Shown here in pieces: positions 1 to 11,470 of a stretch of 64,000 nucleotides of DNA (the first letter of the stretch is position 1; each line of letters opens with the position of its first letter). The DNA lies in NCBI RefSeq assembly GCF_009914755.1, contig NC_060931.1; one strand, 5' to 3'. The DNA comes from the human T2T-CHM13v2.0 reference genome, Homo sapiens. Below the pieces are notes generated by a model. It worked only from the letters and a program-made list of their open reading frames with translations, was not told the DNA's origin and searched no databases. Position numbers and translations under genes: made by a program.

Positions 1-279
1 TTGTTCAAATAAATTACCATGAATATACAATTGTATGATTAATTGCAAAAAAGGATTGTCAAAGGGAAATCCGATTAAAATAATTCAACTGATCTAAGTT
101 GCATTCCATTAACATCATTTCCCTGATTAAACTCTTCAATATTTCCCAATGAGCTGCAGGCATACATATGTAATATTACATATAATCACCTTTTTGCTTA
201 AATAAAATTATATTCTGTAATAATCTATGTCTCACTATGATTATGTCATCTTCTAACTATATAACTTTCCACAGCAATG

Positions 280-1090
280 CCAGGACACAAATATCTACCT
301 GTTTTACTAGCCGCATAATATTCCATTGTAAGAGTATTCCATAATATATTTAACCAATCCCTTGTCAATGAATAGTTTTAATATATCTCGGGATTTTTTT
401 GCTATAACAACATTTCTGAGTGAACATACTTGAGTAGACCTCTTTGTACATTTTTATGACTCTATCTGAAAGACACATTCCTAAATGTGGCATTCCTGAG
501 ACAAGTGTTTCTTAATACATTTTTATAGATACAGATTTAAAGTTCTATAGATATAGATACATTATCCTTCGTGGTGATTATCCCGCTAGTCCCACCAAAA
601 GTATTCAACACTACCATTAATACTACGGATGGAAAATTGTTTTTCACTGTCTGGATTTGCATCTTTAAACTGTGGGGTTGAGTATCATTTCATATGTTTA
701 AAAGTCATTAATGTCTAATTTTTCTTTGATTGAACTACTACATCAATGTTTTAGATTATTCATCTTTCATCTTTCCTTTTTTGCCAAAACTCTATTATAT
801 TAAAGACATTGGATAATTTTCTATCGTGCAATTTACAAATATTGTTTCTCAATTGTTATTTTGACTTTTTTGCTCTATGCAAAAATTTTAAAGGAATATG
901 CAACAGTTACATATATTTTCCTTTCTGGCTTCTGAATTTTGGGTCTTATTATATTAAGGCCAAATCCCATTATTTGGGTTTTGTCAAATAAAATACTGGA
1001 AAACAATTGACTTTCCAAAGCAGAAAAAATTATTTTTTTAAATGTTATTTGTGTTATGAAGTTGCTTACCAAATTATTTTCTACATGGAT
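280..1090 (-). mobile_element. Old L1 (L1M-type) ORF2/3' fragment, antisense
   Basis: Diverged L1 antisense phrases (tattccattgta, tttttgctataac, gtgaacatac, ggatttgcatctt, gagtatcatttcatatgttta). Boundaries are approximate. Confidence 0.55.
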
Positions 1091-1700
1091 TTCAAGGGCA
1101 AACCACTGCCCATTTCTTTGTAATTAATAGCATCCAAACTAATCAATATTCCCAAATTTTAATTTCTCAGCAATGCTTATTTTCTGACAGCTCACAGCAA
1201 TTTTTTCAAAAAGAGGTGGAACTTGGGCTAGTTTCTGCTTCAGATGCTGTTTCTCCAGAAATGTGTCATATCTCTTTGATGAATTCTTAACTTTCTTTTC
1301 TAAATCCCCAATATACATTTTCCATTATGAAAGATCACTCAATTGTCATCAGACTTCAATGATATTATCTCAAAAATGATGATTATGTGTTTACTTACAC
1401 ACAACAGGATAGGGAAACAAGAAGTGCATTCAGGTTTAATAATTGCTTCTTCATCAACCCATGTCTGCCACCAGGCAGAGACCTTGTTTTAATCATCATT
1501 GAACGTCCAGAACACCTAATTAAGAGAAGCTGCTCAATAGATATGTGAGCACAAAGTGAAAGAATGAATGACTGAACAAACTGGGATTTCATCTTTCTGA
1601 GCCTTAGTTCCTTCTACAAAACAAAAAGTTTGGCAGAAAGAATAGTAAGATAATAGATTTGATAGTGGTTTGAAAAACAAAACATTCAGAAAAGTGGTAT

Positions 1701-2185
1701 TTTCTCCCATAATTTTGTCTTCTTATTGATGTATTAATTTGTATGTCTATTCCAGAAATCTCTTTATGCTTTGGAAAGTCTTATGCATAATTTTGGCTTT
1801 TTCAGTTCAATATGCATTTAATAAGCAAATATTCTTGTGTAAGATATGGAATATTGGAAATGCTGATTATGTAATACTGATTACAAGTATGAAATAAAAT
1901 AGAGGCAAGAGGAAAATAATTCTCATCTAGGGAGAGTATACTGGCTATTAAGTATTATTATATTATCTTTATTTTCACCATCCTCAGTGTTATTGTGAAA
2001 AAGGCTTAGAGCTTCCATGAGGAAAGGCACTGTTAACTATAAAAGTCACACATTCAATATTATACATTCTATGCTTTCTTCTATAATTGTGTCCTCTCAC
2101 TAATTTACTAATTTTTATGTCTATTCCAGGAATCCCTTGATGTTTTAGAAAGTGTTGTTTGTAATTTTGGTTTATTTAATTCAAT
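1701..2185 (+). repeat. Diverged direct duplication: 1701-1811 and 2075-2185 (111 bp, ungapped, 87/111 identical)
   Basis: Manual alignment gives 24 mismatches and no gaps, e.g. tatgtctattccagaaatc vs tatgtctattccaggaatc. Confidence 0.85.
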
Positions 2186-2483
2186 TTATCAGTATTATGC
2201 TAAGTTTCATGGATTGATGAGATATATAGGTAGATAGGTAGGTAGATAGATACTCATATCTGGATAAGGACATATTTAAAACATTACTGGACTTCAAGTT
2301 CATTGCCAGCCTGAAAGGTCCTTTTGAATCCTCCATTTGAAGGTCTTGCTTTTTACATGGGGAATTGAGGCAGGTAGACACAGTAATCATGCAGGGGAAG
2401 GGAGATTTGGGAGAAAATAATGTGGTTTAAAAGGAGAAACAACATTATGTATTTTAAACCAATGTTTATATTATGTTTGTTAA

Positions 2484-2504
2484 TTTTATTCTATTTCCTT
2501 GCAG
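2484..2504 (+). promoter_or_regulatory. CHRM2: 3' splice acceptor of the CHRM2 coding exon (exon starts 2505, 46 nt before the ATG)
   Basis: Polypyrimidine tract and AG: ttttattctatttccttgcAG|gtttaa. This agrees with the known CHRM2 structure of distant non-coding 5' exons spliced to one coding exon. Confidence 0.92.
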
Positions 2505-2510
2505 GTTTAA

Positions 2511-2540
2511 ATGTTTATTTGCTACTTGGCTACTGATTAG
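2511..2540 (+). promoter_or_regulatory. Upstream ORF (MFICYLATD*) in the 5' leader of the coding exon
   Basis: ATG TTT ATT TGC TAC TTG GCT ACT GAT TAG at 2511-2540, out of frame with the main ORF and ending 10 nt before it. Kozak context is weak (T at -3, T at +4). Confidence 0.7.
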
Positions 2541-2550
2541 AGAACGCAAA

Positions 2551-3951
2551 ATGAATAACTCAACAAACTCCTCTAACAATAGCCTGGCTCTTACAAGTCC
2601 TTATAAGACATTTGAAGTGGTGTTTATTGTCCTGGTGGCTGGATCCCTCAGTTTGGTGACCATTATCGGGAACATCCTAGTCATGGTTTCCATTAAAGTC
2701 AACCGCCACCTCCAGACCGTCAACAATTACTTTTTATTCAGCTTGGCCTGTGCTGACCTTATCATAGGTGTTTTCTCCATGAACTTGTACACCCTCTACA
2801 CTGTGATTGGTTACTGGCCTTTGGGACCTGTGGTGTGTGACCTTTGGCTAGCCCTGGACTATGTGGTCAGCAATGCCTCAGTTATGAATCTGCTCATCAT
2901 CAGCTTTGACAGGTACTTCTGTGTCACAAAACCTCTGACCTACCCAGTCAAGCGGACCACAAAAATGGCAGGTATGATGATTGCAGCTGCCTGGGTCCTC
3001 TCTTTCATCCTCTGGGCTCCAGCCATTCTCTTCTGGCAGTTCATTGTAGGGGTGAGAACTGTGGAGGATGGGGAGTGCTACATTCAGTTTTTTTCCAATG
3101 CTGCTGTCACCTTTGGTACGGCTATTGCAGCCTTCTATTTGCCAGTGATCATCATGACTGTGCTATATTGGCACATATCCCGAGCCAGCAAGAGCAGGAT
3201 AAAGAAGGACAAGAAGGAGCCTGTTGCCAACCAAGACCCCGTTTCTCCAAGTCTGGTACAAGGAAGGATAGTGAAGCCAAACAATAACAACATGCCCAGC
3301 AGTGACGATGGCCTGGAGCACAACAAAATCCAGAATGGCAAAGCCCCCAGGGATCCTGTGACTGAAAACTGTGTTCAGGGAGAGGAGAAGGAGAGCTCCA
3401 ATGACTCCACCTCAGTCAGTGCTGTTGCCTCTAATATGAGAGATGATGAAATAACCCAGGATGAAAACACAGTTTCCACTTCCCTGGGCCATTCCAAAGA
3501 TGAGAACTCTAAGCAAACATGCATCAGAATTGGCACCAAGACCCCAAAAAGTGACTCATGTACCCCAACTAATACCACCGTGGAGGTAGTGGGGTCTTCA
3601 GGTCAGAATGGAGATGAAAAGCAGAATATTGTAGCCCGCAAGATTGTGAAGATGACTAAGCAGCCTGCAAAAAAGAAGCCTCCTCCTTCCCGGGAAAAGA
3701 AAGTCACCAGGACAATCTTGGCTATTCTGTTGGCTTTCATCATCACTTGGGCCCCATACAATGTCATGGTGCTCATTAACACCTTTTGTGCACCTTGCAT
3801 CCCCAACACTGTGTGGACAATTGGTTACTGGCTTTGTTACATCAACAGCACTATCAACCCTGCCTGCTATGCACTTTGCAATGCCACCTTCAAGAAGACC
3901 TTTAAACACCTTCTCATGTGTCATTATAAGAACATAGGCGCTACAAGGTAA
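2551..3951 (+). CDS. CHRM2: Muscarinic acetylcholine receptor M2 (class A GPCR, 466 aa, intronless CDS)
   Basis: ATG at 2551 (gcaaaATGa, A at -3) to TAA ending 3951 = 1401 nt. The protein [27 protein letters not shown]...HYKNIGATR has 7 hydrophobic segments, TM3 Asp103 ([10 protein letters not shown], codon 2857), DRY, a long i3 loop, [17 protein letters not shown]-terminal N-glycosylation sequons and a C-terminal Cys. It matches human M2 as I recall it. Confidence 0.99.
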   Translation: MNNSTNSSNNSLALTSPYKTFEVVFIVLVAGSLSLVTIIGNILVMVSIKVNRHLQTVNNYFLFSLACADLIIGVFSMNLYTLYTVIGYWPLGPVVCDLWLALDYVVSNASVMNLLIISFDRYFCVTKPLTYPVKRTTKMAGMMIAAAWVLSFILWAPAILFWQFIVGVRTVEDGECYIQFFSNAAVTFGTAIAAFYLPVIIMTVLYWHISRASKSRIKKDKKEPVANQDPVSPSLVQGRIVKPNNNNMPSSDDGLEHNKIQNGKAPRDPVTENCVQGEEKESSNDSTSVSAVASNMRDDEITQDENTVSTSLGHSKDENSKQTCIRIGTKTPKSDSCTPTNTTVEVVGSSGQNGDEKQNIVARKIVKMTKQPAKKKPPPSREKKVTRTILAILLAFIITWAPYNVMVLINTFCAPCIPNTVWTIGYWLCYINSTINPACYALCNATFKKTFKHLLMCHYKNIGATR

Positions 3952-4503
3952 AATATCTTTGAAAAAGATAGAAGGTGGGCAAGGGGAGCTTGAGAAGAAT
4001 AAAAGGGATAAACGAGCTCCTAGTTTTAAAATCTCTGCCATTGCACTTTATAGTCTGATTACAAAACGTGCAATTCAGGAGCCCAGCAGTGACACACTTA
4101 TCACGCCTAGGCTCCAGTTTGCAAAAATTGCACCTTATAAACTGTCAGTATTAGGAGCAATGAGACAATGAAAGAAACATGTTGGGATCGTGGATTTAAG
4201 AAACTATACACTGTTTCTCATAATCTCTTGAAGAAGGGCTTCTGATTCTACAATTTTATCAGTCTCTGCACAAGAGGAATAACCTTGTTCCTTTTTTGTT
4301 ACTTTTGTTGTTGTTGTTCTCATGTGTCCTTAAGAGAAGGAAATGCCACAGTTACAAGGTAAACATGGAGACTTAAACATAAAGAAATAGGCACTATACA
4401 ATGGGGACATAAAAAAAGAAAATCAAAGAAGGATGCAGAAATTGTCTCCGGAGTGTTAAGCATATTTTATTCTTTTGTTACGGTCCTATTTAGAGGATTG
4501 GAA

Positions 4504-4540
4504 TGTAATAAATGCTTATTTTTTGCCTTTCTTTTTCCCA
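4504..4540 (+). terminator. Candidate proximal polyadenylation signal
   Basis: TGTA overlapping AATAAA (4507-4512), followed by a U-rich tract (ttttttgcctttcttttt). Confidence 0.5.
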
Positions 4541-6587
4541 CCATGAAGAGAAAGCAAACAAACAGAAACCCCAACTAGGTCACACCATTTTTCTTCTTGT
4601 TATGCCACTATTTTGTACATCCCTGTTCTATATTGTTTATAGGGAAAACCTACAGGACTTTCACTAAAGCTAGCCAGAGACAGCCATGAAAATGGACGTT
4701 TCACCCCTCCTCACTGTGTCCTTTGCATTCGTTGGGGATATCAAGGTCTATAAGGATTTAGTGCACTTATAATCCTATATGCGAAATGTTTAAACCAATC
4801 TGATTTTCTCCTAAATAGCCTTTTATATCAACAGAATATCCTACCTAAAACATAAACCTGTTTAAGAAACCATCGTCACTGTAAAGTTGAGGTTTCATCA
4901 AATTAAATAATGGACTATCTAGTTGGACCAAGTTTATTAAAGTCAGGTGAATTTTAAGATTAAAAAATAGAAGTTTAGGACTTTCTATTTCAACCTGAAT
5001 TTGCCTGACCCATGTATGAAATGTTAACTTATAGAAAATGAACTCCTGACTTTCTCAGCAGAAAGGAATGCTGTTTTATTTATTTGGAATCCTAAACAGG
5101 ATTAACATACTCACATAGCACCAGTGATTTCTGGGCCAGTCCCTAGAGAATAGAACCTTCTATCCAATGCCTGCTAAAGGATGATATTCAAATTATAACC
5201 AAGTGAGGATGTCTGCAATTATCCTATGACCCCATGAAAGGGGAAAAAACGATATTTTAAAAACTATTACTGAAACAATTACATATTCCATATTCCTCAA
5301 ATTGTCAATTCTCCCTAACATTATTTAACTTCAAAATTCTCTTATCAATAGAATTATAGTAATCTTTGTGACAGAAATGTAGTGGCTAACTAAATAGAGG
5401 CCAAACGAGCTTACAGAATCTGACAGAAGGAGGTAGGTGGCTGTTGCCATGCCACATCTCACCATCTAATTCTAGACCATAATAATCATGTCAGGAACTA
5501 TTATCTAAGTGGTGGCATTATATAGAATCTTGCCACGTAGAGATTTTTTATTTGGTCGTCTAAATAAATATAGGATTAGGATTATACGGATTCACATACA
5601 ACTAGTTATTTTTATCCTTTATATTTTTCTTACAGTATTTGCTGTAGTTTTCCAATGAGATTTTCTAAAAATGGCTCAATCAATGGAAATCAAATTATAA
5701 ACGCATTTGCAAATTTCATATTTTGGATTTTAGATTTATGATATCTTGTTCAGTAATAATAATGTTAGTTACATGGTAAATTTATCAATATTAGACCCCA
5801 GCACTTAAAAGAATTATTTTGTATGATTAGCCTCATAGATGCCACCTCAACATTTTGGAGAGTTAAGGAGGAAAAAAAGCATGAGGGAAAAAAAAAACCA
5901 AAAAACTTATAAGTTAGTAAGAAGCAAATTGCCAGCAGTATTTATATTTGACTTATCCTTCGTAAAAACAATTTCCTGTTTAAATAACTTCAGTCATTAC
6001 CCCCCCAAAGTAATCTTCCATATTTAAAGCATTCATTTATAGAGATTCCCTTACCTACAGTTACTTCAACATGCACTTTTACATTTTAAATTCATATTTA
6101 TTTTCATATTGTTTCTTCAAATGAAGGAATCAGTTGAACGGAAATAACGTCAAGCCAGTGGGCTCCTCGAGTTTCTGAAAACCAGAGAATTGACTAGCCA
6201 AGTATTTCCCTTTTTAATGTATTGTATTATTATTATGTAGATTTGGCTTCAGTTGGGAAGAACCCTTTGGCATCCAGGATTCAGGATTCAGGGTCTTTTT
6301 TTGTTTGCTCTAATAATCCAACGCACCATGAATCAAGCTTTTAGTCTCTGCTGCCATTGTATCCTTCCTTTTCCTCCCTCTGTTATTGATCCTTGCCACA
6401 GCCACTGCAACCTCATTGAAAGAGAAACTGTCACTTTAAAGAAAGAAATTGAAGATAGGCTGACACCATGGAAACTACGTCAAACAGATAAGAAAAATGG
6501 AAGGAATACTGAAAATGATAGATGATTGGAGAGATATGGAGATTATATTCAAGGATTTTTATTAACCACTGCTGGATTTGTCTATTT

Positions 6588-6815
6588 CAGTGGCTCTCAA
6601 ACAGAGACAATTCCCCTCTCCCCGAAAGGGGACACTTAGCAATGTGTAAAGACATTTTTGGTTGCCACACTGGGAGGAATGCTATTGGTATCTAGTGCAT
6701 AGAGGCTGGGAATGCTGCTAAATAGCCTATAATGCTCAGGACATTTTCCCCCAACCCCTTTAAACAAATATTATTTGGCTCAAAATGTCAATAGTTCCAA
6801 GATTGAGAAATTCTT
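6588..6815 (+). mobile_element. MER20 (hAT-Charlie DNA transposon), full length, within the CHRM2 3' UTR
   Basis: Runs CAGTGGCTCTCAA...GGGGACACTTAGCAATG...GACATTTTTGGTTG...CAAAATGTCAATAGT...GATTGAGAAA. 8-bp TSD GTCTATTT (6580-6587) / GTCTACTT (6816-6823). Confidence 0.9.
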
Positions 6816-7866
6816 GTCTACTTTAAGGGATTTCTAAAGCTTGCCTCTTATTAGTGGGAAAATAACCCTGCATTATTTTTAGAATATCAATGCAAATTCC
6901 TCACCTGTTAGAAAAAGGTAATACTCACCAACCATGTATCAGAAAAACTTTTCTCCTGAGTCTGGTGTATGTGTCAGTCACAGATTGGGAACTCAGGCCA
7001 CATCTACATATCAAAAATCACCAGACTATGCATATCGCACATCTTTTTTCCAGCATCTTAATGTTCAATTATGATTGCCACAGATCTAGTCAATTGAGGT
7101 TGCAGTAGTTGGCCATCAAAATATTTGCAGTTGATATGATCAGTTTCTACTGGAGCTGCAATTTTTCCTTTCAAAAAATATTAAGAGCCTCTTTCAGAAA
7201 CAATATCATTTATCTTCTTTGCATTTACTGGAAAGGTGTATCTGTAAGGTCTTTGTTTTTTCTCTCCTCATAGCAATAATGTAGCTATCCCAGAGTGATA
7301 TTATAAGAAGAGGAGATTAAGAATATGGAAAAAGTCTGTTCATTTCTTCGAAACAAGAAATGATTTTCCTTTTACCAGTTCATCATTAATTTAACGCCAG
7401 CTCCCAAGTATTAGGGCAGAGTAATCAATATGAGAAGCCACAACGGGTAAGCTTTCTGATTTGAAATGTACAAGCTGGATGTCCAACATACTCCTGCTCT
7501 TTGTTCATTTGCTTTTTTGATCCTGAAGATCTGACATTGGGAGAGATGGGAATTCAAAATGATGGCAACAATTACTCAGCAATGCAGTCTGTTTTTATTT
7601 TCTCCTACTTAGTTCATTGACAGTTTCCTCCTCGCCCCAGTTTGATAATATCCCTTTCAACAACCATAGTACCGGTGTTGCAAATAGTTTAGGAAAGCAC
7701 CCAAAGCTGGATGAAATTGTGCAAAGTGTATTCTCAGCATGTATATTCAATACCATGCCTCTTAAAAATGCTTCTCTTAAAGGGTGCACGCTGTAGCATG
7801 AAATGTGTGCATATTTAATGTATCTTCCTGGAATATGCTATGTGCTAAATATATATATATTCTATA

Positions 7867-7918
7867 AATAAAATAATAAAATGTACAATAGAAATACATA
7901 TTTCTGTATGCAAATAAA
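7867..7918 (+). terminator. Distal polyadenylation signal cluster
   Basis: AATAAA at 7867-7872, 7875-7880 and 7913-7918, with neighbouring TGTA motifs and GT/T-rich sequence downstream (~7931-7945). Confidence 0.7.
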
Positions 7919-9235
7919 TATATTATACACAAACTCTTAATACGCAATATGGTATATGTTGCTTCTGAATAACAAAGTTGATTTTATATGCCCAATTTTC
8001 AAAGAAAATAGCATTTGCATTAGAAGGAAGAGATTTAAGAACAGCCAAAATCCCATATTAAGATTAAACTGTTTTATGATCTTTAAGAACAGGGCAGATT
8101 TCAAATATCTCTCACAGGAATAAATTAATAATTTTTTCTGGTATCACTCCATGTGACAACAATGCTTTATTCGCCTGTGCCCCTGACATGCCTCTTCTGA
8201 CTAGAATCTTCCCAGCTGGTACTGTTCCAACAGCTGTGTTGATCTAGTGTCTGATTACTTGATGAGGTTGCAACCAACCCTTTCTCATACAGTTTCACTC
8301 TCTTCCAAATTAACTGATTTTAGTGGAATAAAAAATAATCATACTGGGAGAAAAGGATGACCTTCAGAGTGCTTTTCATTCTGACAACCAAGGTAAACTT
8401 TGTATAAGCACCATATTTTAATAAACTACTCTTTTCAATTTCGGTCCAATACAACATCCCATACATTAACTTCCAGAAATGTTTAATGAGGTATAGCATA
8501 ATATTAGAAGTTTCCCCATGAAATTTTAAGTGGGTAGTTTTTTTTTCTAAGTGGCCTATATTTTCTCAATAGCAGTCCTCTTCCTTTCCTTGTTTGCCTC
8601 TCGACTACGCACATTTCCGAGAACATTTGCATTGATCCATTAACACAAATCTGTAGTTAGCTAATACACTTATAATATTAGTTGCCACTGGACGTGCAAT
8701 TCCAGGAGATGTTTACATTTTAATATAAAAAGTGTAAATACTGAACATTTAAAGGATTACTATTACAGCTTTTAGAGACCAAGTCATGCAGTTGTAGTCA
8801 TTTTTTAATTAATTTGAGTTCTCTCCAAATTTTAAGGCATAATTCTATGTCTATTTACTTTCTAAATTTTACCTATGACAATTCACACTGTGAATTGATG
8901 TCTTCGTCTATACCAAAGTCATTTCTAGAAAAAGAAAAATATTTGAGTTTTCTATCAATTCCTATTAGTTTTATATTGTTCCAGTGAAGTGTTCTCATTT
9001 CATTTTTGAGAACTGAATTGAATTGTATATCGATGAAATGCCAAATGCTATTCCTGACTAGATGATTGCAAATAATGAAACAGCAAAAACATCTTGCCAT
9101 CATTAAGGAAGAACTTTCCACCTCATAACATGTTTCCAATATTTTCTCTCTTGGGAAGCTTTTAGTGCCACGCTCTTATACCAGGGATTAAAACTAACCA
9201 TAATGATAAATTTACTTGAAGTACCATTAGAATAA

Positions 9236-9656
9236 TGTCTTAATTTGTTTTCTGTTGATATAACAGAATACTTGAGACTGGGCAAATTATAAGGAAAAGA
9301 GGTTTATTTGGCTCATAGTTCTGGAGGCTGGAAAGTTCAAAATAGGGCTGCCGCACCTGGTTAGGGCCTCATGCTGCACTCTAACATGGTGGATGCAATT
9401 ACATGGTGGAAGCCTGTGCAAAAGAGGCAAAATACAAGGGACAATCTCACTTTATAATGACCTACTTTTGTGTTAACTAACCTAGACCTGCAAGAATGCA
9501 CTCTCTCTAGCAAAAGGGCATTAATTCCCTCAGAAAGGGGCACCCCTGATGACACAAATATCTCTTAAAGGTCCCACCACCTCTCAACACTGTTACACTT
9601 GGGACCAAGTCTCAATATGAGTTTTGGTGGAGACAAACCATACTCAAGCCATAGCA
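9236..9656 (-). mobile_element. MaLR solo LTR (MSTC/MSTD-like)
   Basis: tgtcttaat...gagactggg...ggtttatttggctcatagttctggaggctgg...aaaggtcccacc...ccatagca is the reverse complement of an MST LTR. Confidence 0.8.
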
Positions 9657-9914
9657 CATATCAAAGTTTAAAGACAAATACAATAGATGCTTGACTTCTG
9701 TCTGCGATATCTCCACTAAAATATATATTTTAAGCATATATTTTTCTATCATCACCTACATCATGTATTTTTCCAGAGACTGCATTTAAACACATTCTTT
9801 TTCCTTTCATATGAGTATTAAGAAAGAATCATTCTGCTATAATGTTGTTTAGAATTACCAGCAAGTAAAAAATATTTGCATTTAAGAAGTAATCCATCAA
9901 CCTCTCCCTCCTTA

Positions 9915-10023
9915 ACACACACATACACACACAAAGAAACATACACAACCATACATACTCAGGTACAGAAACACACATATGCCCATACAAATACACACAC
10001 ATACATGCATACAAACACACACA
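9915..10023. repeat. Degenerate (CA)n/(CATA)n low-complexity tract
   Basis: acacacacatacacacacaaagaaacatacac...acacacacag. Confidence 0.75.
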
Positions 10024-11372
10024 GGTCTCATCCTCTCGACAGTGCCCAGAGGCATAACTTTTCTACTACTTCCAAAAGCATTTGGAATATTACTAGAGGC
10101 CATTGAACTCTAGAGTTCAGCTGAGTGATGTTGAAGAAAAAATTCTATTTGCTCCTCTTTGCTCGATGGTCAGTTCCCTGCACAATTTTCTAAATCTGTT
10201 AGAATCATATGAGTGAGTTTTAGCTCTCTGTCTGCCACCAACAGCCTTCCAGTTGTCTGCAGGCCATCTCTTCATCACATACCAGTGATTACATGGGGTC
10301 ATGGTGAGAAAACATGTTTATATCAGAAAAATATGTCATAACACATACAAAACATATCTACAAATTCATATCTTCACAATGGGTGTCCTCAAGCACTACG
10401 CTACTATATAAGATGGTGCTTTAAATGTCAGCATAACTATCTAGAGTGCTGAGGAGAGGAAACAGTGATACCTTCTCTGCACATTTCTTCCAAAAATCCC
10501 TCTCAGACTTTCCTTTAGCCATATAGCTCTTTGTACTTACAGAATGTATAGAAATTTAGAAATGAAGCTTACTGTTAATATGCAACAGATGATCAAATGG
10601 TCAAAATGTCTTGTGTCCTGAGTTAATAAACAGGAAAGCCATATATGCATCTTCCATCTTGCAGGAAAAGTAAGATTAATGATCTGATTATTTTTATTTT
10701 CTTGTTATATCACTTTTAAAAATTATTAATAAAGAAGTAAATCAAAGTAATTTAAACATCAAATATTAAGTGGTTGAACAATATAATTTCCTTTTTTCTC
10801 AGTCCTACTGAATAACTTAACCTGCATGGAAAATATAACCTGAACAAGTTTGTATTTAAGCAGAAAAAAAATCCATAAGGAATAAAATTTAGAATGAAAC
10901 AGGAATGATAAAATATGAAGTCCCAGTGAGAAAAGAAAATAAATTATCCCTCAACTCCCTCAAATGAATAATAAAAGTTTAACAGAATTTCTTTTATTAA
11001 ACCATGATTATTATTTATTATTTTGGAAAAATAAATTTTTGTAATGTTTTCTTATGTCCATTTATTATGTTTTTTTCTTATGTCTACTTACTTCATCTCT
11101 TTTTAGTTTTTTTATCTTTTAAAATGTTTTAAAGGTAATTTTTATAAGTGTTTTGAGAGGCAAACACAAAAATTGCTATTTTTCTGAGGATTGCTTTTAA
11201 TTTGTGTTGTAGTTGACACTGCTACTTCAGAAAGCAAAACCAATTTTTAAAGAAATACAGTCATGCATATTTTAACAACAGGGATGCGTACTGAGAAATG
11301 TTTCTTTAGGCAATTTTGTTGTTGTGTGAGCATCCTAGGGTATACATACACAAATCTATATGGTATAGCCTA

Positions 11373-11419
11373 CGTATTAGTCAGTGTTCTCTTACAGGGA
11401 CAGAACTAGATAGATAGAT

Positions 11420-11470
<51 letters not shown>

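Larger units (their letters stand above)
3952..7900 (+). other. CHRM2: CHRM2 long 3' UTR (approximate end)
   Basis: Largely repeat-poor sequence after the stop codon, ending at a cluster of AATAAA signals (7867, 7875, 7913). The end point is inferred from these signals and from recollection of a ~4 kb UTR. Confidence 0.7.

Noticed and set aside
1-2504. Intronic microRNA (MIR490) known to lie in a CHRM2 intron
   Set aside because: I saw no matching hairpin in this intron segment. From recollection it lies far upstream, outside the window.
2473-2550. 26-aa N-terminal extension in the 492-aa ORF call ([13 protein letters not shown]...)
   Set aside because: The ATG at 2473 lies in the intron, upstream of the acceptor AG at 2503-2504. 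The spliced mRNA starts the protein at 2551.
3075-4171. Overlapping and antisense ORFs on the CHRM2 CDS (e.g. 3598-4041 minus, 147 aa)
   Set aside because: These are typical shadow ORFs of a coding region, with no recognisable domain or independent signals.
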